A DNA stretch of 63,997 nucleotides, counting the filler, from Sanchytrium tribonematis (lineage: Eukaryota), in NCBI GenBank assembly GCA_018985235.1. It is 10 parts of 10 records of this genome, joined end to end, with 100 filler letters (N's around TTAATTAATTAA, not from the genome) between each part and the next. Parts side by side here need not be neighbours in the genome. Positions count along the whole stretch, not along the records: positions 24,958 to 29,307 come from JADGIG010000732.1; positions 29,408 to 33,751 come from JADGIG010000733.1; positions 33,852 to 38,192 come from JADGIG010000734.1; 7 more parts are not named here. One strand, given 5' to 3'. How positions within the stretch are numbered: the stretch's first letter is position 1; each line of letters starts with the position of its first letter. Under the pieces are notes generated by a model that saw nothing but the letters and a program-made list of their open reading frames with translations, did not search any database and had not been told where the DNA came from. The position numbers and the translations under genes were made by a program. Shown here in pieces: positions 24,858 through 35,859 of the stretch.

Positions 24858-24957
24858 NNNNNNNNNNNNNNNNNNNNNNNNNNNNNNNNNNNNNNNNNNN
24901 NTTAATTAATTAANNNNNNNNNNNNNNNNNNNNNNNNNNNNNNNNNNNNNNNNNNNN
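24858..24957. other. Artificial contig spacer; same at 29308-29407, 33752-33851, 38193-38292, 42628-42727, 47063-47162, 51494-51593, 55918-56017, 60322-60421
   Basis: Identical 100-nt N44-TTAATTAATTAA-N44 linker with stops in all six frames. Confidence 0.98.
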
Positions 24958-25158
24958 TCATGCTCCCGTATTGATATTGGCATGTTTATGGCATTCTTTG
25001 GTGGTGCTACATGGATATTAATGCCAGATGGCCCTTTTACACTCAATGAGAAACATCAATTGGAATTTCTGATTCTAATGAATGCAATCGCATTATTCAT
25101 TGGCGGAATCGGATATTCGTATGCCATTACATTCACAGAAAAGAAAAAGCAAGAATAA
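24958..25158 (+). CDS. 3' fragment of a two-TM protein, probably the same family as the next three genes
   Basis: Open frame from the contig edge: SCSRIDIGMFMAFFGGATWILM..LILMNAIALFIGGIGYSYAITFTEKKKQE*. Confidence 0.5.
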   Translation, partial: SCSRIDIGMFMAFFGGATWILMPDGPFTLNEKHQLEFLILMNAIALFIGGIGYSYAITFTEKKKQE

Positions 25159-25272
25159 ATATATGTTTGAAAAAAGATTAGGCATCATTTCAAAAGAGGG
25201 GGCTTATCAACACCAATGAAGCCCATTTAAAATTGCATCATATCATGTCATCACAATTTGACATTCCCCGTG

Positions 25273-26346
25273 ATGTTGTTGCCATTTCTATTGTATGCTC
25301 AAGTTGTAATGACGCCACAATTTGCCACAGATTCAGCCAAAATCATTCAAGATGTATTGCCCACCATGGTATTTCAATGGGATATCATGCGTAACTGTTT
25401 GATAACTGGTGAATGTGATGCATTAAGATCAAATAGACATCAATTGGATTCTGTCTTTCAAATAATTGCGAGTGTCAAACAACAAGAAATTCATATGGAT
25501 GATTTGGGAATGAACCAACATGAATTAAATGGTATTTTGACTCAAATGGCACAGTATATGCTCAATCCAGTTACAATTCCAACGCAATCTGAGGTACAAC
25601 AGAGATTAAAATGTCAAAGAGGGAGAAGAATTGTAAAGCGAGATGGTGTTGGTGAAGTTGAATTGGGTCTTTCTGCACCAAATACTGGATCAGGGATGGT
25701 ACACATGGGAGGTAAGGATAACAATGGCTATCAGCAACTCCCTGATTCATCCAATTGCCAATTACGGTGGACTACTTTAAAATCTAAAATGGCTATATTA
25801 GTAGGCGGAATTCTGTTATTCAGTGTTGGTATTTCTGGTATGGTTGCATCTATCTCTCGATACAATCATAGAAATGTAGAAATCCAGGATTTGAAACAAC
25901 CAATCGCACCACTTTGTAATTTCAAGGCGGATTGCAAGACTGGCTTCAAATTGCAGGAATACGCAGAAATAACAAGATTAGCTGATGTAGAGACACCACA
26001 TTGTTATGTTTGTTATACTGCCAATTGTAATCCAGATAAATTAAATTCATGTTATTGGTTTGATACGATTACAGAACAAGTTATGATTAAACATTTGGAT
26101 TCAGAGACAGCCAAGGTATTGTCTGATGTGTTGAAAGAAGCCATTAAGGAAAAAGAATGCGTGGTTGAAAACTATGGTAAATGGAAAGGATCCGATGCCC
26201 CTGATAGATGCGCAAAAGAAGTGGCACGTCGACAACATATTCCAAAGAATCATTATATTTATTGGGTAGTTGCATCTGCCATGGCATCTTTTATTGGTTT
26301 TATTGCCGTGTTTTCACAAATTGCGCGATTGATGATGAATAAATAG
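25273..26346 (+). CDS. Signal peptide + KR site + two TM helices around a Cys-rich loop; unknown
   Basis: MLLPFLLYA, KCQRGRRIVKRDG, two hydrophobic helices. Confidence 0.65.
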   Translation: MLLPFLLYAQVVMTPQFATDSAKIIQDVLPTMVFQWDIMRNCLITGECDALRSNRHQLDSVFQIIASVKQQEIHMDDLGMNQHELNGILTQMAQYMLNPVTIPTQSEVQQRLKCQRGRRIVKRDGVGEVELGLSAPNTGSGMVHMGGKDNNGYQQLPDSSNCQLRWTTLKSKMAILVGGILLFSVGISGMVASISRYNHRNVEIQDLKQPIAPLCNFKADCKTGFKLQEYAEITRLADVETPHCYVCYTANCNPDKLNSCYWFDTITEQVMIKHLDSETAKVLSDVLKEAIKEKECVVENYGKWKGSDAPDRCAKEVARRQHIPKNHYIYWVVASAMASFIGFIAVFSQIARLMMNK

Positions 26347-26533
26347 GATTTGCCAATATTGTCATTTTATGGATAAATGGGCAATGAAATGATCTATTCA
26401 GACACGTGATGGATATGATGCGATATGGTGTCATTTCGGATCTCGTGATGTATTATGATGTCATTTTAGAGTGGCACAGATCAGTTTCAAAGGGGGGTAA
26501 ATAGTTTTTAAACGCGACATCCCCAAATGTACA

Positions 26534-27142
26534 ATGATTTTGACGACATTGTTATTGGCAGTTGGAACAAAATTGAATGTCAGATCTCAAGGTGCACTAA
26601 ATCGTCTCATTTTACTTTCTAAAAACTGTATAAATGAGGAAGGAATGCCGTGTACTCCACTAGAAATGGCAAGTCAGTATCCAACAGATGCACAACTAGC
26701 TTTAGTCAATTTGGCTTCCCAGAGTGGATATGGAGAGACTGGAGTGGAACTTACAGAAGCATTACAACAAGAAATTCTGACTGCGTCTGAAGAACTAGGA
26801 GTGGAAGCTGTGAGATGTTCTAGTGGGTCGCTTATAAAGCGGGAAAGAAGCAAAATGTTAAAATGTATTATGATGTTGGCTGGAATTTCTGCTGTCGTAG
26901 GAAGTGCTGCTACTATTTTATTCGAATTTAAGGACGAATATAGTACATATGAAGTACCAGATATTGTACGAAAAGTACTTATCATCACTGTCGCTGGAAT
27001 TGCTGCAGTTGAAAGTTCCATATTTGCATATTATGGTGGCCGCGGCTATAAATTGGTGAAGGCAAGTGAAAATGAGAGTCTTCCGGCGCATCGAAAAAAT
27101 CATCAACGTGCAGTCACAGGGTTAGAACAAATTGGGTCATAA
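26534..27142 (+). CDS. Signal peptide + KR site + TM hairpin; unknown
   Basis: MILTTLLLA, RCSSGSLIKRER, two hydrophobic helices. Confidence 0.65.
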   Translation: MILTTLLLAVGTKLNVRSQGALNRLILLSKNCINEEGMPCTPLEMASQYPTDAQLALVNLASQSGYGETGVELTEALQQEILTASEELGVEAVRCSSGSLIKRERSKMLKCIMMLAGISAVVGSAATILFEFKDEYSTYEVPDIVRKVLIITVAGIAAVESSIFAYYGGRGYKLVKASENESLPAHRKNHQRAVTGLEQIGS

Positions 27143-27407
27143 ATAAATCGAATTTAAAATATAGTATGTGATCATTCAATCGATGATCTACTCTCTGATG
27201 CTGAATCCTAGGGACGGCTTCAAACTAGCATGAAATGGTGTAGTCCTATTAGCAGGCTTTGTGACTCTTGATTGTCTCTTAAAAAATTTGATGATCAATC
27301 ATAATCATGATTTCAATCTTGATGAATCTGGTACTAGACAATAAAATATGAGATGTTTTATTTTTGTACATCACCTTGCAACAAGGAGATATTTTGGTCA
27401 CTTCAAA

Positions 27408-27914
27408 ATGCTTTTCATTTTTATCATCTTGCTACATGCTCGAGACCTCCCATCTTCTATTGCATATATTCAACAATTAGTCAATGCATGTCCTACTTGC
27501 AGTGCTGCTCAAATATTAGCAGATCATCCAGAGATGATTTCGTCACTTTTAAGTGAATTTAAAGAATTGCCCCATCAAATTCATTCATATCTATTACCCA
27601 GTGATTCCATAAATGCTCAGACATTATTAGATCAAAGTGGATTGCAAATAAGTAGATGTAATCACATCCAAAAGAGATCTTATAAATGTTTTTTATTTAA
27701 TCTCGGATTAGCTACAGTGATATTTGGATTATCCTCTATTGTAGTGAATCATTTGGGATTATTTAAATTGTCTGCAGTCACTAAAGAGATTATTAATTTG
27801 ATTGGTGCATTTGTGATGGTTGTGAGCGGGACTTTTTTGATGTCTGCAGCGAGTCAAATTAGATTGAGATTAGAAATACGAGATACAGTGAATGAAGAAC
27901 CTCCATTGATTTAA
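27408..27914 (+). CDS. Signal peptide + KR site + TM hairpin; unknown
   Basis: MLFIFIILLHA, RCNHIQKRSY, two hydrophobic helices. Confidence 0.6.
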   Translation: MLFIFIILLHARDLPSSIAYIQQLVNACPTCSAAQILADHPEMISSLLSEFKELPHQIHSYLLPSDSINAQTLLDQSGLQISRCNHIQKRSYKCFLFNLGLATVIFGLSSIVVNHLGLFKLSAVTKEIINLIGAFVMVVSGTFLMSAASQIRLRLEIRDTVNEEPPLI

Positions 27915-27948
27915 ATGATTGGAATCCTGTTTTAGAATAAACTCATAT

Positions 27949-29199
27949 TTATTCATCAATAGTCAACATTTTAGCATTTACAGATATAGAGGGTTCCATA
28001 GTCTGTATAGGGGGTGTAATAATATCCAAATGATCATTCATTTGTGGACTCTGTATGGAATCTGGTTTATTTTTACTATATTTGGCATTTACTAATTTCC
28101 AATAATCCGTGGTTAATTGATCCATAGATTTCAATAATGGATGAAATAATCTATGAACATATACATAGGGTGTACTTAGAAGTGTGCAATTGCCATGAAT
28201 TCGATTTGAATGACCTTGTTTGATAGAAATAATAATGGGGTGATTTAAATGGATCAATTTCAATGATTTGGATTGTAAATGGGATTGGATATTATGTGAT
28301 ACTAATTTAGCATGTTGGATGGCAATATATGCCATTTTAAATGTACTCAAATTGGACACATCTCCAATGGCAAATATGTCATCATATAATTGCAATTGGC
28401 AAGTATGGCGTGTTTGGATATATCCATTAGAATCTAGTGTATTTAATGGCATAAATTGACTATTTGGATGTAAATTACCAGTGCAATCCATGAGTAAATC
28501 ACAATTATACGTATTTTGAGATGTCTTAATTTGTAAATCACCATTTTGCCATCCTCTATCCATTGGATTTGGAATATAATGTCTTAAATTAGTCACACGT
28601 TGATTTAATATGACATTGACTTGTTTCTTGTGTAAATTAGCGAGTAATTTATGATGAAATTGTGGTTTATAGGGACCTGGTACCAATTCAAAACCAGAAT
28701 GGATTAATGTAATTTGTTTATCAGGATAATCAGTGGCTATTTCATGGCATAATTCAACACCAGATGGACCACCACCTACAATTATGATGGAATTGGCTAA
28801 TTTGATAGCTGTAGTAATTTGGTGTAATAAATCCATTCCAGCATGTTGATTTAAATGTAATTTGAGTGGAGATGGATATGCACATCCACTGGCAATTACG
28901 AGCATGTCATAATGAATAAAATGATGATCTGTTTTTATAAATTTCTCATTTGGATTCACAGAAATGACAGTATCATGAACCACAGTGAGATGGGTGGATA
29001 ATTGAGTGTATGGAATGAATAATTTAGAGTGGAATTGTGAATCAATGATGCCTTTAATAGATGCCAAATTGAAATAAATGGAATCCTGTTTTGTAATCAT
29101 TGTGATTTCCACTTGAAGTGACTTGAAAAGGGATTTTAAATATTGAATCGTGTGAATGGCACCAATTCCACTTCCAATAATGACAATTTGAGATGGCAT
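27949..29199 (-). CDS. AIFM2/FSP1/AMID-like FAD-NAD(P)H oxidoreductase
   Basis: IIGSGIGA, YDMLVIASG, IVGGGPSGVE, IFAIGDV motifs. Confidence 0.88.
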   Translation of the reverse strand: MPSQIVIIGSGIGAIHTIQYLKSLFKSLQVEITMITKQDSIYFNLASIKGIIDSQFHSKLFIPYTQLSTHLTVVHDTVISVNPNEKFIKTDHHFIHYDMLVIASGCAYPSPLKLHLNQHAGMDLLHQITTAIKLANSIIIVGGGPSGVELCHEIATDYPDKQITLIHSGFELVPGPYKPQFHHKLLANLHKKQVNVILNQRVTNLRHYIPNPMDRGWQNGDLQIKTSQNTYNCDLLMDCTGNLHPNSQFMPLNTLDSNGYIQTRHTCQLQLYDDIFAIGDVSNLSTFKMAYIAIQHAKLVSHNIQSHLQSKSLKLIHLNHPIIISIKQGHSNRIHGNCTLLSTPYVYVHRLFHPLLKSMDQLTTDYWKLVNAKYSKNKPDSIQSPQMNDHLDIITPPIQTMEPSISVNAKMLTIDE

Positions 29200-29407
29200 T
29201 TTAAAAAGGAGACATTTGTGATTTTTAAATGGACGTGTGCGTATCTGCTGATTGGTAAAAACTATATAAAAACATCATTTATTGATTTCATGATTTAATC
29301 TTGTTTCNNNNNNNNNNNNNNNNNNNNNNNNNNNNNNNNNNNNNNNNNNNNTTAATTAATTAANNNNNNNNNNNNNNNNNNNNNNNNNNNNNNNNNNNNN
29401 NNNNNNN

Positions 29408-30457
29408 CGAAATCAAATCCTTTTGAAAAGCGCTATTGAGTCTGTAAAACAGAACCCAGAAGCTGATTTAAATCAGCTGTTCAAAGCTATTCCGAAACTA
29501 GAACAGGATTTGCCGAAATTTCAGAAAAGTCAATATGCTGAAGAATTGCAGCGGGTGTACGATTTGATTCAAAAAGACTATTTGCAATTAAAAAAGAAAG
29601 AAGAGGCAGATTTGTCTGTTGATAAAGTGTGTCATGAAGGCTTTAGTACAACTAGAGTTAATGTGAAAAAACAGCAAAAATCAAAATCACCTCCTGAAAA
29701 CCCTGAGGACAGCTTCACTGCCTCAAGTGATAAGAAATTTGTAACCGTCAATCAACCGGGTCTATTCATCGTTCCTGATTCTCTTAAAAATAATCGAACA
29801 CTCTTACAATTTGTTGGATTAAAAAATATTGAAGAAATTTACAATTTTATTCAAAGTAATCCGGAGATCGTAGATTCTAAAAACCAAGAAACCCTTCTTT
29901 CTGCGGCTTTTGAATATGCGTTCGCCTATGGTGAAAAATTAAAAGCTTCAGGTGTTAAAAATCCAAATGTCGAAAAAGATGAGTTGTTTATAGGAGGTTT
30001 ACGTAAAATAGTTTTTAATGCTACTTTTATACAATACAGTTTGCAAGCAGATCCTAGGCTATTATATCAAAAGTTCTCTACTATTCCAGCAGCCCTGGAA
30101 AATTTTGAGATGGAGGTCAAAACAACTGTAAATCATGTCATTTCAAGACTTTTGGCCAAGTTAAACCAACCTGAGGACGGCCATTTCTTTGATCTTTCTC
30201 CAAGTTCTGAAAAATCTGAAGTTTTAAAGGCTTGTCCAGTCGATCTTAAGAGCGCAATCTTGCGTGAGGATATCGACAGCTTTCAAAAGATTCTTGATGG
30301 TCTTGGTGAAAGTGAAAGCAGCAAATGGATATCCGAATTTGCCCGAGTCAAGATAATCGAGTTAGTTGCTGTCGATGAAAATGGACAAGAGATTGCAAAC
30401 GAAGAAGACTCAGAACACAAACAGGTAGATTCAGACTCCAATTCACCTACTCAATAA
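29408..30457 (+). CDS. CDC37: Hsp90 co-chaperone Cdc37-like, 5' truncated
   Basis: CHEGFSTTRVN motif, helical middle domain, PVDLKSAI C-terminal domain, acidic tail. Confidence 0.65.
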   Translation, partial: RNQILLKSAIESVKQNPEADLNQLFKAIPKLEQDLPKFQKSQYAEELQRVYDLIQKDYLQLKKKEEADLSVDKVCHEGFSTTRVNVKKQQKSKSPPENPEDSFTASSDKKFVTVNQPGLFIVPDSLKNNRTLLQFVGLKNIEEIYNFIQSNPEIVDSKNQETLLSAAFEYAFAYGEKLKASGVKNPNVEKDELFIGGLRKIVFNATFIQYSLQADPRLLYQKFSTIPAALENFEMEVKTTVNHVISRLLAKLNQPEDGHFFDLSPSSEKSEVLKACPVDLKSAILREDIDSFQKILDGLGESESSKWISEFARVKIIELVAVDENGQEIANEEDSEHKQVDSDSNSPTQ

Positions 30458-30527
30458 AAAATTCGATAATCTATTTCAAGTTGCCAGTAATTTTGTAATA
30501 TTTAAGGAAATTTTTGGTTGAACATTT

Positions 30528-31163
30528 TTGAGTGCCAAATACCGACCAGTCTCGCTTGACATTGAATTCAAGTATGCTTTAATCCCACTGGAACATCGAC
30601 GCCTACAAAATTTTAAAATTTCAACCCCATTTCAAACCTCATCTGGCGGCCCTATACCAGCAAAAATGCAATCTTTTAGAACTTCAAATTGTAACATAAC
30701 AGGATCTGCAACAGTTGATGAACAAGCTAAGTTGAAGCGTGCTTTTGGTGAAAACGCCAATTTAGGTTGGGAAGCTAAAGATGCTCAACGGACTCAGAAA
30801 AAAATCAAACGAGCTAGCTTTTACGATCTTCCAAGATCTCATAGTCTTCCATCGCTATACAAGTATGATGAGCTAGATGACACTAAAACGAAGCGAATTT
30901 TTAGTTCTGGCTCAGAGGTAAATATAGGTGGCTTGGTCTCTAGAGGTGAAAATAGACATCTAAATGTTATAAAAAAGCAACAAATAGGCAAGAAATCAAC
31001 TCAAGCTGCAGTTATGCCCAATGGCGATTTTGGAACTGCAGCATTATATTCTGTAGAAAGTGATTTACATGTATTTAAAATATCAAAAAAGACTTCGTTA
31101 CCTGATAAGACGGTTTGTAGGCCCAAAAAACGGTCTTTTACTTTATTCGGGGATATTAAATAA
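30528..31163 (+). CDS. Hypothetical basic protein
   Basis: 211-aa ORF, stop fused to AATAAA; start uncertain. Confidence 0.45.
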   Translation: MSAKYRPVSLDIEFKYALIPLEHRRLQNFKISTPFQTSSGGPIPAKMQSFRTSNCNITGSATVDEQAKLKRAFGENANLGWEAKDAQRTQKKIKRASFYDLPRSHSLPSLYKYDELDDTKTKRIFSSGSEVNIGGLVSRGENRHLNVIKKQQIGKKSTQAAVMPNGDFGTAALYSVESDLHVFKISKKTSLPDKTVCRPKKRSFTLFGDIK

Positions 31164-31293
31164 ACTTTTTTGATACTACCCCTTTTGCCAAGCCTTATAC
31201 AATAGAAGTTTCAGAGCATTATTGGAAACCAATAAAAGGCGAGGATTTAAAACTGGGAGAAAAATTAGGGGCGAAACCAAAAAAATGGAATCG

Positions 31294-31894
31294 CTAAACC
31301 ATTCTTTTTACTTCAAAAAATCTTTTCAGATAATTAACTTGGAAAAGACAAACGCCAATGACTATTACCACTTGGAATAGAGTCCACCAAACAACACGAT
31401 CTCTAGTGTTTTCACTGGTTTTACGATGAGCCTGTTCTCTATGTATTAGATACTCCTGTTCTGTTTTGAGAACATGAACATCTTGATATAAATTTTTGAT
31501 TTCTTTACCAACTGGATCTAGTTTCTGACCAGCTTTCAAACTCTGCTCTTCTGAAGTTTGATAATCTTCATCAGTCATAAAATTAAAGGTTATAGTTTTC
31601 AAATCATTGCTTTTGGTATTGACAAAGCAATATTGAAAATCTCCTGCGTTAAATAAAGGTACCTTCCACTTCAGCTGTAAATTGATGAAAATATATTGAT
31701 TCACCTTGTAAATTTAAGACTTGCTTTCCATTAGGATCATTCATAGTAACGTCAATCTTGGTGTCTCCACCTTCACTCACCTGAAAGCCTAAGCTGGCTT
31801 CTTTTCCAGTTTTCACAGGATCGTAAAAGCACTGCAAAGCATATCTATTGAGGACAAATGTAAAGGCATTTGCAACAAACAAAAAATGTAACAT
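31294..31894 (-). CDS. EMP24: p24/Emp24 GOLD-domain cargo receptor, two exons, 193 aa
   Basis: FQVSEGG, YCF.N, RVVWW, YLKRFFEVKRMV; intron 31644-31662. Confidence 0.9.
31644..31662 (-). other. 19-nt spliceosomal intron GTACCTTTATTTAACGCAG
   Basis: Removal gives AEVE-G-DFQYCF, the conserved GOLD motif. Confidence 0.92.
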
Positions 31895-32352
31895 GTCTCA
31901 AAAAATATTAAATGAAAATTTATTTTAAGTTACTAATTATGAGTAGTCTGATTAAAAGATGATGCATTAAGATTGACGGAGTTCTTACTAGTGACTTTTA
32001 CAGGTGGGACTTCTGTTCTTCCTCTGTGTGTTTGATGCAATTCAGTAAAATATTTGTATGATGAATCAATCACATAATCACTGAGTTTTTGAGCATAATT
32101 CGTGGCTACCATTATCATTGTCCAAAATTTTACATCGTTGACTGCATCCATGAATGTTTTTTCAGAAGCATCCATTGTATTTTTGACCCCTGTATGATAT
32201 GGATTCAGGTCAAAGATTCAATCGGTATTATGAAACTAATAATGGACAAGAAATTCATTTTAATCCGGAGCAAGATGTTAGCTTGCCCCAAATGTTCTGC
32301 ACACATCTAAGCAAATCTTTACATTTCAAAATCGTGAGGTTCCCCATAAAAC

Positions 32353-33279
32353 ATGAGTTGGAAACGAGATGGAGAATGGTTTATTTTTCAAGACAGATAC
32401 ACAATCGATAAGGATGTAAATGATATTTTACCCAAAGATATCAAAAATGTAGAACTTTATAATGGCTTGTCCGTTCGCATTGAGCAGGTAGGTGATTTGA
32501 AATGTATTTTCCAAGATACCTTGACGAACAACAAATTTTATGCTACTCCCAAGTTGACAATTAACTACCTTCCATTTGAAATTGATGAGTTGTACGTTCA
32601 GTGTAAATTTCTCAATTGTTTTAATGGACAAAAACATCTTTGGGAATCTTTTCTAAAACATCAGACGGTCATTACAGAGCCACTGAATATCGAGTCATAC
32701 AATGGAAATATGAACAACATTTTGTTAAAATTACTTCCCCACTATGATGGTACTGTACATATACCGGAATGGAAGATCGACGATATTCAAAAAGTTCAAG
32801 TAGGAATTTACAAAAATATTCAAAACATTGAATTAGATAAAAATCTAAAAAGCAAATTGGCACTCATATTTACTAAAATGAAGAGAAACACTTGTAGCAA
32901 AGAGGATCTACTTAATTGTCACAAAAACTTTAATTTCTTGTTTTATGAATATATTGTCGACAAATTCACTCAATATATTTCAATATACCTTCCAAACTAC
33001 TCCTTTACTTCTGTGGAAGAAACATATTTTAACATGAGGTTAATTATTGCTATTGAAAAAACCGGTCTTCCAATGCATTTTTTGCCAAGTATTAAGAAGC
33101 AAATTTCAAATTGGCATTCGTCCTGCAAAATAGAGCTAGATACTTTTGATATTCCATTTTATGACTCAATTCATATGAGTGGACATATTGGCATCGAAAA
33201 TATTCAAATTTCTGTAGCCGGTCTATCAAATGGAAACACAGAAATTTTTATCGAAAAGAAACACAAGATAGAAATGTAA
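32353..33279 (+). CDS. Hypothetical protein
   Basis: 308-aa ORF, CCCC before ATG. Confidence 0.55.
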   Translation: MSWKRDGEWFIFQDRYTIDKDVNDILPKDIKNVELYNGLSVRIEQVGDLKCIFQDTLTNNKFYATPKLTINYLPFEIDELYVQCKFLNCFNGQKHLWESFLKHQTVITEPLNIESYNGNMNNILLKLLPHYDGTVHIPEWKIDDIQKVQVGIYKNIQNIELDKNLKSKLALIFTKMKRNTCSKEDLLNCHKNFNFLFYEYIVDKFTQYISIYLPNYSFTSVEETYFNMRLIIAIEKTGLPMHFLPSIKKQISNWHSSCKIELDTFDIPFYDSIHMSGHIGIENIQISVAGLSNGNTEIFIEKKHKIEM

Positions 33280-33288
33280 ATTGGTTTA

Positions 33289-33751
33289 TTACATGATAAT
33301 TTCGTTGTGGACATTATTCTTTAACTCTTTGTGCGGTAAAACCACACAGTTTCTGACAACGACCTCACTAGAGACATGTACGTCATCCGCTAAATAAATA
33401 AAAAATACCCAAAATTGTCGCGCTTTGTTGTTTAACACCATTGACAACATAGCTGTTGTTTTCATCATTTGTAGGAATTTTTGCTCCAACTAAATTTGAT
33501 GCTTTGATATTTCCAAAGACAACTTCAACTTGACTTAAAGGAGAGCCTTCGACGCGTGCCCACTTGCCAATAAAGTTGCTTTTTCCAATAATACTGTGCA
33601 TGACACAAGCATATGGATCGATATGAGTTTGCTCAGCAATAATTGCGTCTCTTACTCTCACACCATCACCAATGTAAACATTTGGGCCAATGCTGACATT
33701 TGGGCCAATTTTGGCAGTAGAGCTAATTTGTGCAGTAGGATGGATTGCACA
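33289..33751 (-). CDS. Mannose-1-phosphate guanylyltransferase alpha-like (GMPPA/Psa2), 3' part
   Basis: Hexapeptide repeats AKIGPNVSIGPNV, IGKWARVEG, RNCVVLPHKEL..EIIM; intron 33390-33408. Confidence 0.88.
33390..33408 (-). other. 19-nt spliceosomal intron GTATTTTTTATTTATTTAG
   Basis: Removal gives SATIL-A-DDVHVSSEVVVRNC. Confidence 0.9.
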
Positions 33752-34275
33752 NNNNNNNNNNNNNNNNNNNNNNNNNNNNNNNNNNNNNNNNNNNNTTAAT
33801 TAATTAANNNNNNNNNNNNNNNNNNNNNNNNNNNNNNNNNNNNNNNNNNNNCATAAAGTCCCATAAACAACTGATTTTAGATTTAATAGCTAATTTCCAG
33901 GAAAAAAAGTGTGATTTAAATCCAGTGACAATACAAAGCACTTTATTACCTTTGAGCAACAACATTTACTATCAATTATGCTCTGAAAATGCTTTGAAAA
34001 GAATCTTAGACAACGACACACTATCAAATAATGATATGAGAATGCTGTTCCTTACATACAACATCACCTTTTGTAATAATGTCAACAAAATATAACCATC
34101 CGACAATCAACCGACAAATAAATTAAATTGCAAGACATTTTTATTGGTCATACGACAATTTCTGTACTTGATTGGTCGTTTCATTGGTCAGTTTGCAACA
34201 TATTCTCCAACATATAACATATTCTGCTTCTTATTGGTTGTTGTTTAGATTCTACCCAATGAATTCCCATTTTCC

Positions 34276-35847
34276 ATGAGACAACAAAATCAATTACCAT
34301 TGCGCAGAATCTATCCCAACCAAGTTGTACCATCTAAACAGGATATTTTAGATCATTTACTAGCCAAAACATCAAGGCAAACATACAATACTTATCAAAA
34401 GCAATTTATTCAATATTGTGAAGATATTTTAATCAATCCCTTGGAAGCAGGTACAGACAATATCACGGATTTCTTTTACAAATTATTTATATCAGGGAAG
34501 ACAGCAAGAACAGTGGATCAAGCCAAATCCGGTTTAGTCAATTTTTTCAAATCCCACAATATTCTCCCAAATCCTGCACAAATGTCTTCTGTAAAAGAAT
34601 ACGTGCAATCCAATTTGAAATATACCAAAGTAAACAATATAGACGAGGAGATTGTGGCTTATCCTCTTTCAGTGTACCAATTGGGACTCTTAATCAATAA
34701 TTTATCTGAATCCCATCCATTTATTGGATCAATGTTTAGATTTCTATTTTGTGCTGGATAATTGGGTTGTTTTAGGATAAGTGAAATGATAAATTTAAAA
34801 TGGAAAGACGTAGCAATGAAAAGTGATGAGAATGGGCAATTTATCAGCATTAGACTACATTGGCATAAAAAAGCACAGTTGCAAAAAGAAGTACAAGTAT
34901 ACAACATACCATCAGAAACCAACTACCCTGCACTTGATATTGTCAAATTTTATCAAGATTACATGCAACAAATACGCCAGTTGAATTCAAATGTTCAGGA
35001 TCATGCAAATTTTATACCGGCTTTTAAAATCACCAACAATGGACAACCAGTGGTTGATTGGTATTCCACAGCAACTCAAATCATCCATCCGAAATATTCT
35101 TGAACATTTGGTTAGCATAATTCCGGACATATCCACAGGAATAACACTCCACAGCATGAGGCGGGGAGGCTGTTTTTATCGTGTTTTTGAATCTAATCAC
35201 AAAAGATTCAACTTTCGCGAACTCATGTCGTGGTGCAGATGGCATGACGCAAAGACGTGTTGTCAATATTTAATTACTCATAGCTTTTCCAATCAAATTG
35301 ATCCACGAAATTTATTGAGGGAATCAAATTCAAATATCGTTGGGCAGCAGCATCAGAATAATCCAAATTTGAGTCATCCAATTGCTATGATTATTTAAGT
35401 GATTTATTGGTATCCAAATTGACAGAAAGACAGGTGAATCCCGCATTTCAATCCACAAATAATCCAATAATAATTAATCAACCACAAATGGTACAAGTTC
35501 CAATCCAACCAGCTAATTCATTAGTACGCCAACCACAGCAGCAAACACTCAATACATTTGTGAGACAAGTTACTATTCCAACAGCTGATTCGGCTGAAGA
35601 AGCATGGAAACAGTGGTTTGTTGGTGATGCAAGTAAAGGTTTATTTCAAGGACTAAGCAGAATTAACAAATCAGAATTCAAATTGGAATACAAGAAATAT
35701 TCAGAAAGAAATGTGTTGGCAATGGCATTTGTAAAATATCAATCATTTGAATCATTTGAGTTGGCTTACAGGGGGATACACCAGAACCTATTCAATGACA
35801 CTGAAAGAGGTCAGAAAGCGCAAAAGAGAAAACAGATTGTGAAATAA
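34276..35847 (+). mobile_element. Crypton-like tyrosine recombinase, disrupted (nonsense at 34759-61, at least 3 frameshifts)
   Basis: N-terminal SAM-like domain, GCFRISE (Arg), LHSMRRGG (HxxR), WCRW..QY; C-terminal WKQWFVGD..KGL..KKYSER domain. Confidence 0.8.
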
Positions 35848-35859
35848 TAAATATTTGAT

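Noticed and set aside
32339..32357. 19-nt GT-AG joining ORFs 32199 and 32353
   Set aside because: GTT donor, GAG acceptor, no A at -6; better read as CCCC + ATG
34759..34761. In-frame TAA in YR and SET suggesting stop-codon reassignment
   Set aside because: Conserved genes end at TAA/TAG where expected and have no internal stops; lesions are confined to decayed elements
35053..35071. Frame-restoring 19-nt GT-AG in the recombinase
   Set aside because: GTT donor and no A at -6; the gene has other lesions, so a deletion is simpler
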